Origin: Butyrivibrio sp.
GTDB taxonomy: Bacteria; Bacillota; Clostridia; Lachnospirales; Lachnospiraceae
Assembly: GCA_045646185.1 (NCBI GenBank)
Contig: JAZRKG010000042.1
Coordinates: 5,300 to 69,299 of the forward strand
Reading direction: 5' to 3'
DNA: 64,000 nucleotides
The notes beneath the pieces are model-generated. The model was not told where the DNA came from and did not search any database. It saw only the letters and a list, made by a program, of their open reading frames with translations. Position numbers and translations under genes: made by a program. Below are positions 49,039 through 58,307 of the stretch, in pieces. Every line of letters starts with the position of its first letter. Within the stretch, counting starts at the first letter, position 1.

Positions 49039-52000
49039 ATGAACAGATTTAGCAAGCTAAACAAAGGTGCCAAAAAAGCATTTGCTTCATTTATGGCTGT
49101 TGCACTGGTAAGCACTACTACAAGTGTGGCGACCTTTATAGTAGAGGCAGATGATCCATATGAGGATATGTTTATTACAGATTTTGATACTCTGCCGGAG
49201 TCTGTTGCCTATCAGTCTCTGGAAGTTGGGGCATCTGAATCTGATATTATATTTCCTTCGTCCCTGAATGTGACCTTTATGTCCTATAAGAAAAAGGATG
49301 CTGCAAGCGATGCTTCATCCAGTGCAAGCAGCGGCGCAAGTGAGGCCGGTACTTCAGCTTCAGATGCAAGTACTTCAAGCTCCGAGGCAAGTAGTGCAGC
49401 TGCAGATGCTACAAGTGCATCAGACTACAGTAATTCTGCAAGTACTGATTCTCAAGAGGATGATACCAACGAGGATGCATCCACATCAGGAAGCGGATCA
49501 GAGAGTATGGTAGAAGATGAGCATAGTTCATCGGATACCGTTAATCACACTGATGCAGATGTGACAACACCGGCTGCAGACACTGTGGTTGAGGAACAGA
49601 ATGCTACAGATTTAGAGACTCCGGCGCCTGCAACTGAGAACGGAGATGGCAACACAGAACCTCAGGAAGAAGGCGGCCTTGACGGTGCATGGAACAGTAT
49701 AAGGACAACCACTAAGCTCTCAAAAGTATATGCGGCAGAAGATATAGAAGAACTGTCTGAGGGTACACGGATAACTCTTGATGATATAACTTGGATACTT
49801 GATGAGAGCAGAAGCTCTCACAATCAGTTCCTTGCATATAGTGAGAATGCAGGTGATCATTATACCTACGTTCCTGATATGTCAGAATATGACCTCTCTG
49901 AAAATATTACCCTTCCTTCCATAAGAGTTACTATCTATGCGGAGGAAGAGGAACAAGAGATACTCTATCCTTTTGATGCAACTGCTACTGTTGATGGAAT
50001 TGTGATCACGGTCACAGCTCCTGAAGGTGTGTTCCCTGAAGGCGCCTATATGGAAGCTTATGCAGTTGACGGAAGAAGTGAGATCGAGTCTATCGAAGGA
50101 CAGATATCAGATCGTATTGAGGAAGGTAAGGAGATAGAAGACCTTATCACTATTGATATTACTATATATGACAGTGATGGCAATGAAATTGAGCCTGACA
50201 CAAGTTATGGAGATGTAAGCGTGTCATTCTCGCAGCTGTCAATGGCAAGCCAGGTATCTGAAGAGGAAGATTCTGAGCTGAAGGTATTCCATTTTAACGA
50301 AGATAGCGGAAATGTTGATGAAGTTGGAGCACAGGTTGAAGGTGACACTGCTTCCTTTACAACCGGAAGCTTTTCAAAATATACCATCATAAAAGTAGTA
50401 TCTTCTACTGGACGTGTTATCAGTATACCTGTTTCTGCATATTCAGGAACTTATGATGGAGTAGCCCACGATCTTGTTACAATTGGAGATTTTGATTCAA
50501 GTGCTGCAAGTATTACAACTATCACTGTAACAGGAACGGCTTCACAGTCCACTACTTATCCGACTGTTCCGACCGGAAGTCAGGCAGGAACTTATACTGT
50601 TAGAGTAAATTATACTTACACTAATACCTCCGGCAATATTGTTGCTGGTTATGTAGAAGTAGAAGCTACTATCACTCCCAAGACTATTACGTCATCTATG
50701 ATATCTCTGACACCGGCAGATGCTACCAGTAGTCAGCATTTTGCTTACGACAATGGCAATGCAGTCACACCTACTGTGACTGTCACTGACGAGATAGATG
50801 GTTCTACTTATATTTTGACACAGGGCACAGATTATGTTGCTCCGGTATATTCCAATAATACTGATATAGCGTCATCCTCTGATACCAATGCTCCCACAGT
50901 ATCTGTGACAGGTCAGGGAAATTATACAGGAACAGCAGATGTGACTTTTTCAATTGGAGCTGAAGTTGATACACCTACTGTCAGCTTATATGATGGCACC
51001 TATGATGGAGCGGCACACAATGTAGTAACAGCCACTCCAACCTATAATACAACTCAGGTGCAGAGTATTCTCTATAAAGTAGATGATGGCACAGAGAGCA
51101 CCACGATCCCTACAATCACGGATGCAGGAGTATATGAGGTTACTATTACCTTTAAGGGCAAAACAGGATACTGTGACTATGTCTATACTGACTATGCCAA
51201 TATAAGTGCAAGGAATATCAGTGAATGTACAGTTTCTCTAAGAGCCACATCAACATCCGAAACTGATACTGATGAATTTGCTTATACAGGTTCTGCGGTA
51301 GAGCCTTATGTCCTTATAAAATACGGCTCTACAGCATTTACTTATATGACAGATTATACCTGCACTTATGCCAATAACACGGCTATTGCAGATAAAACTG
51401 CATCCACTCCGCCGACAGTCACTGTGACAGGAACAGGCAACCTTGCAGGAACTTCTACGATCAAATTCTCAATAGTTGCTTCTGCTGATGATGTCAAGGT
51501 CTTGTACAATGGCAGCAGTACCAAAAAAGACTGGTACAACGGCGATGTTGTAGTAACTGTTCCAGGCTATAAACTGTGCACGACCAAAGATGGAACTTAT
51601 GCTGATAAATACACCATAACAGGTGAAGGAACAGCTATTGGTGCCACACTATATCTAAAGAATAATTCCACGGGAGTTATAGTATCTCCACCTGTTGCTG
51701 CAACTGCCAATATTGACAGGACCGCACCAAAGGGAACTGTATATGTATCTGATTATTCTTCTTCAGATATCAATACATCAAAAGATGTTGCATTTACAAC
51801 CCGTGACAGGCATACCATCAGGATATCTTCTGAAGATGCTCTGTCAGGTGTAGTTACAGTGGAGTACTATATTTCGTCTAAGCTCTTGTCTGATATTTCT
51901 GACATTGAGAGCACTGCCAAGGGCAAGTGGATCAGTTACAATGACAATGCAAGACCAAAGATATCAGACAATGCTGCAAGCTTTGTCTGTGCAAGAATAA

Positions 52001-53412
52001 CTGATGCTGCAGGTAATATAAAATATATCACCACAAAAGGCATAATACATGATACTGAAGGACCTACCGTCAAGAGCGTAGCTATAGTGGCTGATGGCAA
52101 TACTGCGCATATCAAGGTGGTGGCAGAGGACAAGCTGAGCGGAGTCAGCAAATATTATCTGTTGCAGTATGCACAGTCCAGTGCACCGTCATCTATGCCT
52201 GATGCTGATACAGTCAAGGGCGGTTATGAATCAGAAAGTGGTGAGTTTACAATATCTGCAGACAGCACCACCAATTATGTATATTATGCTGTGGCAATGG
52301 ATAAGGTAGGCAATCTTGGCAAAGTATATAAGAAAGAAAAAAATGGTAGCGGAGCTAAAAACTCTACATCTGCCAAGAATAGCAGCTCAAAATCCTCTCT
52401 TGCAGCGACTCCTAATGGAATAGCAGGAGGACCTGGAAGTTCAACCAGCAGTTCAGGTAATAAGTCCTCAGGTAATGGATCCAAGTCTTCCACAGGATCA
52501 TCATCTACAGGATCCGGATCAAGTTCAAGTTCCGGCAGATTGGATCTGTCACAGATTGAGATCAAGAGAGATCCGTATATATACGATGCTACCGGTAACG
52601 TACATATCGGAGAAGAGCTTACCAGCAGCTGGACTGCTATTACATCAGAAGTGAATACTGCTTCAGAAGGATCGTTCATTTCTGTTGATATGAGAGGTAC
52701 AAGCACAGTACCGACTGAATTTATATCAACACTTCAGTCCAAAAATGTTGATGTTCAGCTCAAGATGGGAGATGACTACAGATGGACTATTAACGGAGAA
52801 AGCATTAAGACAATATCAGATAATGATATTGATCTTAGAGTAACTCGTGGATCCCGTAATATACCGTCTTCACTTATAAATCAGATAGCGGATTCTTATC
52901 CGCATTATGATTTTAATGTAGTGCATAATGGAGAATTTGGCTTTACAGCAAGACTTACTATGAATGTTGATAGTGTCAATGCCGGATACTATGGATATCT
53001 CTATTACTATGATGCTGATAAAGGAGAACTTGAACTTATCGATTCAAGTCTTGTAGATGAGGATGGAGATGTATCCTATGAGCTGAGTCATGCTTCAGAT
53101 TATACCATCATCATCAAGCCTAATCTGTATGCTGCAGGAGCATCAGACATTGGAGATTCAGGAACTATCGAGAATTATACCAATGCTCATATCATCAGGA
53201 CTACAGGATATATTTCTTCCAGTGGCAAGCTGGCTGGAATAAGGAACTGGCTCATAATAATAGCTATCATCAGTTTGATCTTTGGAGCAGTGATCCTGAT
53301 CGTTCCACAGATGCAGCAGGAAGATTTCAAACTCACTGATGTGATAGTTGGCAAATTTAAAGAAATAAAAAAATTAAATTTTAATAAAAACATTGACGAC
53401 CCATGGGAATAA
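49039..53412 (+). CDS. Large cell-surface protein with Ig/MBG-like repeats and C-terminal TM anchor
   Basis: Signal peptide, Ser/Ala-rich linkers, repeated YDG/YTG..V.P.V...Y.NN...G.GN..G units, DxxxP Ig linkers, and a C-terminal TM followed by a charged tail. Confidence 0.82.
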   Translation: MNRFSKLNKGAKKAFASFMAVALVSTTTSVATFIVEADDPYEDMFITDFDTLPESVAYQSLEVGASESDIIFPSSLNVTFMSYKKKDAASDASSSASSGASEAGTSASDASTSSSEASSAAADATSASDYSNSASTDSQEDDTNEDASTSGSGSESMVEDEHSSSDTVNHTDADVTTPAADTVVEEQNATDLETPAPATENGDGNTEPQEEGGLDGAWNSIRTTTKLSKVYAAEDIEELSEGTRITLDDITWILDESRSSHNQFLAYSENAGDHYTYVPDMSEYDLSENITLPSIRVTIYAEEEEQEILYPFDATATVDGIVITVTAPEGVFPEGAYMEAYAVDGRSEIESIEGQISDRIEEGKEIEDLITIDITIYDSDGNEIEPDTSYGDVSVSFSQLSMASQVSEEEDSELKVFHFNEDSGNVDEVGAQVEGDTASFTTGSFSKYTIIKVVSSTGRVISIPVSAYSGTYDGVAHDLVTIGDFDSSAASITTITVTGTASQSTTYPTVPTGSQAGTYTVRVNYTYTNTSGNIVAGYVEVEATITPKTITSSMISLTPADATSSQHFAYDNGNAVTPTVTVTDEIDGSTYILTQGTDYVAPVYSNNTDIASSSDTNAPTVSVTGQGNYTGTADVTFSIGAEVDTPTVSLYDGTYDGAAHNVVTATPTYNTTQVQSILYKVDDGTESTTIPTITDAGVYEVTITFKGKTGYCDYVYTDYANISARNISECTVSLRATSTSETDTDEFAYTGSAVEPYVLIKYGSTAFTYMTDYTCTYANNTAIADKTASTPPTVTVTGTGNLAGTSTIKFSIVASADDVKVLYNGSSTKKDWYNGDVVVTVPGYKLCTTKDGTYADKYTITGEGTAIGATLYLKNNSTGVIVSPPVAATANIDRTAPKGTVYVSDYSSSDINTSKDVAFTTRDRHTIRISSEDALSGVVTVEYYISSKLLSDISDIESTAKGKWISYNDNARPKISDNAASFVCARITDAAGNIKYITTKGIIHDTEGPTVKSVAIVADGNTAHIKVVAEDKLSGVSKYYLLQYAQSSAPSSMPDADTVKGGYESESGEFTISADSTTNYVYYAVAMDKVGNLGKVYKKEKNGSGAKNSTSAKNSSSKSSLAATPNGIAGGPGSSTSSSGNKSSGNGSKSSTGSSSTGSGSSSSSGRLDLSQIEIKRDPYIYDATGNVHIGEELTSSWTAITSEVNTASEGSFISVDMRGTSTVPTEFISTLQSKNVDVQLKMGDDYRWTINGESIKTISDNDIDLRVTRGSRNIPSSLINQIADSYPHYDFNVVHNGEFGFTARLTMNVDSVNAGYYGYLYYYDADKGELELIDSSLVDEDGDVSYELSHASDYTIIIKPNLYAAGASDIGDSGTIENYTNAHIIRTTGYISSSGKLAGIRNWLIIIAIISLIFGAVILIVPQMQQEDFKLTDVIVGKFKEIKKLNFNKNIDDPWE

Positions 53413-53449
53413 TATTTACGTTAAAAGGCATAAAATAAGTATAAAATGA

Positions 53450-53489
53450 AGGCGTATACCGTTCAAAGGTATACGCTTTTTTGTTTTTT
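53450..53489 (+). terminator. Intrinsic terminator
   Basis: AGGCGTATACC-GTTCAAA-GGTATACGCTT followed by TTTTGTTTTT. Confidence 0.88.
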
Positions 53490-53557
53490 ACTATATCCCA
53501 CTAATACGAAATTATGGTAAAATGTATATATCATTATCGTATACGAGGGAAAAGTGA

Positions 53558-55528
53558 TTGGACCAAATAACTGATGAATGGCGAAGTTTTGCGGTAGACT
53601 TATTATCCTTTGCCAGAGGGGAGCTGGACTCCCGGAAAAATGTTGATTCGCTTATTGAACATTTTGATAGCCTTAACAGTTCTTATGCTTATTTAGGATT
53701 GTCGAGGATTGGTTTTTTTGCGCTTATTTTCTATGTCTGTAAAGACTTCTACCAGTCAGTGGAGGAATTGATCGCTAAAACGATAAGCTCGTCGGAACGC
53801 TCTGGCAGATTGACTTATAGAGACATCGTTTTTCTGGCAGGTTTTATTTTCCCTGGAGAAATCGATACTGCTGAACTTTTGTCTGACAGCAGTTTATTAA
53901 ATGAGATTTATTTAGAACCCGAAAGGGAGATAGATAAATTGTCCATTACTACTCCTATGCGACTTGAAAATGCAATAGAAAGCTTTGCTTCAGGCAGTGA
54001 GATCCCTATGGGCAGGATTGGAACCTGTTGCAGGTGCCAGACCTATGAAGATCTTTTGCTCCAGGACGCAGATATCATATGTCACAGACAAGAGATAGAC
54101 AGAATATGGTCCATAGTCAAGGCTATGGTGGATAGAAATGAAAACGGGATCATTTATCTTAAGGGCAATGCCGGATATGGCAAGAAATTTGCAGCCGGAA
54201 AGATAGCCTGTCAATTAAAAAAAGGACTGATAACAGTAAGTCTTTCCGACTATCTATCATTCAAGGAAGTTGATAGAAAAAAGATAATAAAACGCATTAA
54301 GCAGAAATGCCTTCTGGAAAACTATATCTACTATATCGATTGCAATAATGAGGATATTACAGATCATAACATATACCGGTCAACAGATCTGATGCTCATG
54401 TCACTTGAAAAGACTTTTCCATTGGTACTCATGGGAGGAAAGCAAACTCCTCCTGACAACATGACTTCTAAGCGGGTAATGCTGACAGAATTTACGGAAG
54501 TATCCGAGGAAAATGTGATAGACCTTTTCAGATATTTCATAAAGGAAAAAGAAGCTTACTTTTCAGAGGGTATTTCCCTTGAAGAGATTGCCTCAAAGTA
54601 CAGGCTGAGTCCCGGACAGGTAAGTAAAGTACTCGATAGCTGCCTGATAGAAACAGATGAAATATCAAAAGAGACTCTTGAGAAAAATATCAGAAATTCA
54701 TGTACCGTTTCTTTTGACGGCCTGGCCACAAGACTTGAAAGCCGGTTTACTTTTGAAGACCTGACACTTTCTGAAGAATCTGAAAAGAACTTGAGAAATG
54801 TGATAGACAGAGTCAGATATAAAAATACAGTACTTGAAAAATATGGTTTTAATGAAAAGCTTCCATACGGAAGAGGGCTTGTGATAGCTCTATATGGGCC
54901 ACCCGGTACTGGAAAGACCATGACTGCCAATGTGCTTGCCAATGAACTAGGACTTGACATCTACAGGATCGATCTTTCGCAGATCAGCAGTAAGTATGTG
55001 GGAGAAAGTGAGAAAAACCTGGGAGCAGTATTTGAAGCGGCAAGAGGATCCAATGTGGTTTTGTTTTTTGATGAAGCAGATGCCCTTTTTGCCAAAAGGA
55101 CTGAAGTGTCTACAGCTGGTGACAAATACTCCAATTCAGAGACAGCTTTTCTTCTGCAGAAGATGGAAGAGTATGACGGAATATCAATCCTGGCCACCAA
55201 CGTCATGCAGAATTTTGACAGTGCCTTTAAGAGGAGAATCACTTTTATGATAAGCCTCCTGGCACCTGACGAGCAGGAACGACTTGCCCTTTGGAAAAAA
55301 GTATTTCCAAAGAAAGCACCGTTAGCTTCTGATGTTAAGTTTGAAGTATATGCCAGATGTGCTGATATTCCGGGCAGCAGTATCAAATCAGCTGCTGTTG
55401 CAGCAGCATACAGGGCGGCTTCAAGAAATAGCGAGATCACTCACGAAGACCTGTGTCATGCAATAGATGAAGAATATAAAAAGACAGGCCACACAAGTAT
55501 CTTACGAGACCTGTTATATGGAAACTAA
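53558..55528 (+). CDS. AAA+ ATPase of the Afp15/Pvc15 (contractile injection system) type
   Basis: Degenerate first Walker A GNAGYGKK; second module GPPGTGKT, IDLSQISSKYVGESEKNL, LFFDEADALFAKRTEV...DKYSNSETAFLLQKMEEYDG and AFKRRI. Confidence 0.85.
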   Translation: MDQITDEWRSFAVDLLSFARGELDSRKNVDSLIEHFDSLNSSYAYLGLSRIGFFALIFYVCKDFYQSVEELIAKTISSSERSGRLTYRDIVFLAGFIFPGEIDTAELLSDSSLLNEIYLEPEREIDKLSITTPMRLENAIESFASGSEIPMGRIGTCCRCQTYEDLLLQDADIICHRQEIDRIWSIVKAMVDRNENGIIYLKGNAGYGKKFAAGKIACQLKKGLITVSLSDYLSFKEVDRKKIIKRIKQKCLLENYIYYIDCNNEDITDHNIYRSTDLMLMSLEKTFPLVLMGGKQTPPDNMTSKRVMLTEFTEVSEENVIDLFRYFIKEKEAYFSEGISLEEIASKYRLSPGQVSKVLDSCLIETDEISKETLEKNIRNSCTVSFDGLATRLESRFTFEDLTLSEESEKNLRNVIDRVRYKNTVLEKYGFNEKLPYGRGLVIALYGPPGTGKTMTANVLANELGLDIYRIDLSQISSKYVGESEKNLGAVFEAARGSNVVLFFDEADALFAKRTEVSTAGDKYSNSETAFLLQKMEEYDGISILATNVMQNFDSAFKRRITFMISLLAPDEQERLALWKKVFPKKAPLASDVKFEVYARCADIPGSSIKSAAVAAAYRAASRNSEITHEDLCHAIDEEYKKTGHTSILRDLLYGN

Positions 55529-55549
55529 TAGATGATCATATGAGAGAGG

Positions 55550-57436
55550 ATGGAATCAATGGGCAATAATAAACTGTATCCATTTGAAAAAAACCGTTAT
55601 TACAAGGGAAAAGAACTGGCCAGTGCAGATTTTCTGGCAGAACAGAATTATAGCGTCAACAAATCTAGATTTATGAACAGTCTGATGTACGGATCAGGTA
55701 TTGTCTGTGGACTTGGCGTATTTAGTCTGGACGATCTGTCAATTCTTGTTGAGAGCGGTGTAGCTATCGATGGAACAGGTAGAGAGATCGTAGTGGATAG
55801 TTCTGTGGTTTTAAAACTATCAGCTATTGAAGGCTATGACAATCTCAAGACCTCTGCAGCCAGCCTTATCATCAAGTATAAGGAAACTGAAGTGCATCCT
55901 GTATATTCTGTCAGCCACAAGAATGGTGAGCAGGAATATGAAAACAATCGTATAAAAGAAGGTTATGAACTACTGCTTATAGACAGTCAGGATTATGAAG
56001 AGGGCTATGACCTTGAGACAGAATTTCTTGCTACAGAGAATCTGTTCACAAGTGAGAACTATGTAGGAAATATCATAGTTCCTAATACAGCCTGCAAAGG
56101 CAGGAATTTTAAGATAACCCTTGAGATAAAAAAGATTTCAAGTGAGCCTTGTACTTTATCCTGCAAGGGTACACTGGAGCTTCCTGTATTCACAACACCT
56201 CAGGGTGAAAAGACTCTGGATATTGATGTTGATGACCTCAAGCTCAGGGAGGGTGAGACATACATCAAGGAGTATTGGGTCAATCTGGATAAAACCAGTG
56301 CAATTGATTCTGAGATCATCTTAAAGAGCGGATCATTATCTGCGTTTGAAGCTGATAAAGCAATTTCAGCAGCCAGCAGTTTCTCAATCAAGTTAAAACT
56401 GACAGATGCAACTCCTATGGAGCTGGTCAACAGGGCTACAGCCATCATGAATCTCGAGATGAGAAGCGTAGAGGCTGGAGACATGATCAAGCTTGCAGAC
56501 ATCAGTCTTGTGAGATCAGAAGGAACATACATTATTGATAAGATTTCAGAGATCGGTATCAAGAAATATATATCAGCTCCATCACAGGAACTGTTAAAGA
56601 GCAGATATCTTGAATATTTTGTCAAGGATGTTGATATAAGAGAAAAAAATACTGAGGAGAGGATAGTAGCCTGTGACAAGGAACACGTCTCATCTTCCTC
56701 TGATTTTAGCAGGAATTTTGCAACAGGGGTCTTGGAGATTCCTCTTGGCAAAAATGCAAAAGCCGGAGATATCAGATATTCAGGAGAGATAGCTCATGGC
56801 CTTGGAAAAGGAAATATCTACGTGTCCATTGGATATGAATATATATCCAATGACAAAGCTCTTGGAGCTAATGCTAAAAATACGATCTATGGCAATCCGG
56901 AACTGTTTTCTAAAGAGTCCGGCCAGTCTGTAGATGCTGAGACAGCAGTAAGAGTTCTAAATGACAAGGGCAGCTTCGTTGTGGCAGCAAGGCTTCTCAG
57001 AGATGTAGAGTATCTGGTACTTACCTATAGATGGGTTGCCATCAAGTTTGCATCCGGAGAAGAGGCAGATGCAGTTGAGTACTACTACGACAAGTCTATC
57101 ACAGCAGAGACACCTACCATTGTAATGGGACCTAAGACCAATCATTTCTTTGGTGTCAGGTTCAATAACATGAAGAACTGCAGTATCACCTATGAACTTA
57201 CTGCTCCAGGCAGCGGCGAGATAACTGCAGATGGTATATACACTTCACCTACCAAGGAAGGTGTATATGAGATCAGGATCTATTGCACAGATATGCCTGT
57301 TATCTGCACTTATGCATATGCAATCGTTAAGAAGGAACAGGAAGCTACTACTCAGGATCAGTTGGAAGCTGCTTCTGAGAGCGGAACACCTCTTGATGGA
57401 TTATCTCTGGATATACCGGAATTAAAGATGAAATAA
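55550..57436 (+). CDS. Contractile-injection-system-associated protein (baseplate or fibre-attachment-like N-domain, C-terminal Ig-like domain)
   Basis: N-terminal KNRYYKGKELASADFLAEQNY...MYGSGIVCGLGV...VESGVAIDGTGREIVV, a pattern I associate with eCIS-locus proteins; C-terminal GEITADGIYTSP..EGVYEI. Confidence 0.65.
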   Translation: MESMGNNKLYPFEKNRYYKGKELASADFLAEQNYSVNKSRFMNSLMYGSGIVCGLGVFSLDDLSILVESGVAIDGTGREIVVDSSVVLKLSAIEGYDNLKTSAASLIIKYKETEVHPVYSVSHKNGEQEYENNRIKEGYELLLIDSQDYEEGYDLETEFLATENLFTSENYVGNIIVPNTACKGRNFKITLEIKKISSEPCTLSCKGTLELPVFTTPQGEKTLDIDVDDLKLREGETYIKEYWVNLDKTSAIDSEIILKSGSLSAFEADKAISAASSFSIKLKLTDATPMELVNRATAIMNLEMRSVEAGDMIKLADISLVRSEGTYIIDKISEIGIKKYISAPSQELLKSRYLEYFVKDVDIREKNTEERIVACDKEHVSSSSDFSRNFATGVLEIPLGKNAKAGDIRYSGEIAHGLGKGNIYVSIGYEYISNDKALGANAKNTIYGNPELFSKESGQSVDAETAVRVLNDKGSFVVAARLLRDVEYLVLTYRWVAIKFASGEEADAVEYYYDKSITAETPTIVMGPKTNHFFGVRFNNMKNCSITYELTAPGSGEITADGIYTSPTKEGVYEIRIYCTDMPVICTYAYAIVKKEQEATTQDQLEAASESGTPLDGLSLDIPELKMK

Positions 57437-57455
57437 CTAAGTTGAAGGAGTATCG

Positions 57456-58301
57456 ATGGTTTTTGAGTCTTCCAAAATGAAATTGGAAGTTATTAGTACC
57501 AAGCTGATCGGTGATGCTAATGACTGTTATATATGTAAAGACCTCGCTTCATCAGGGGACAGTCTGTATACAGTTCTCGTAGTCAAGGATCATGAATGTA
57601 TCAAAAATGTTCTTGAAGCCTTTAGACGTATGAGTCTTGTAGAGAATTCCACTCTCGTGGACAGCTTTGCCTGTAACGGTGTCCACGTGCTTGTTTTTCC
57701 CTATCGCAGGGAAAGAAGCCTTTTTGATTTTTATGCTGGCGATCTCTACAGCCTGAAAGTATGTGAGGATATATGTATCAATACCATTATTGCCTGTATG
57801 CAGCTGATGCTTCCATATCAGCTACTGTATCTGTTGCTTACTCAGAACCAGCTCAATCTGACATCAGATAACAACATTTTTATGAGCTATGCAGTAGACC
57901 TCTCAGGATTTGATCTGAACATAACTGAAAAAGACTGTGTAGTCGAATGTGCAAGGATAATAATGGTGCTGCTGGAATCCAAATCTTCTCAGAAAGCCAA
58001 CAGCTACATATTATTACAAAAAAAGTCAGCTAACAGAAGTTATGCACGTTTTTCAGAATTATACAGAGATATAACGATAGCTGCAGTAGGAGACAAGAAG
58101 ATAACCCTGTTTGGAAGGATCAGATTATGGTTTAGTCTCTACTCAAACTACATATTTGGAGTTTTGTTCTGGGTATGTGTGATCTTGGGGTTAGTTGCAC
58201 TGAGCCTTCTTCTCTCAAGTTTTATTTTAGGTAACGGATCCTGGTTTAGGATATTGTTCAATAACTTTAAAACTATAGGAACAGAGTCGCTGATAGATTG
58301 A
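57456..58301 (+). CDS. Membrane-anchored pseudokinase-like protein
   Basis: Kinase-like N-lobe order (LEVIS...CYICKD...YTVLVVK...LVDSF...VLVFPY...SLFDF) without HRD or DFG; single C-terminal TM. Confidence 0.5.
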   Translation: MVFESSKMKLEVISTKLIGDANDCYICKDLASSGDSLYTVLVVKDHECIKNVLEAFRRMSLVENSTLVDSFACNGVHVLVFPYRRERSLFDFYAGDLYSLKVCEDICINTIIACMQLMLPYQLLYLLLTQNQLNLTSDNNIFMSYAVDLSGFDLNITEKDCVVECARIIMVLLESKSSQKANSYILLQKKSANRSYARFSELYRDITIAAVGDKKITLFGRIRLWFSLYSNYIFGVLFWVCVILGLVALSLLLSSFILGNGSWFRILFNNFKTIGTESLID

Positions 58302-58307
58302 TTTTCA

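Noticed and set aside
53558-57436. Prophage
   Set aside because: No integrase, terminase, capsid, portal or lysis genes; the neighbours are membrane and signalling proteins.
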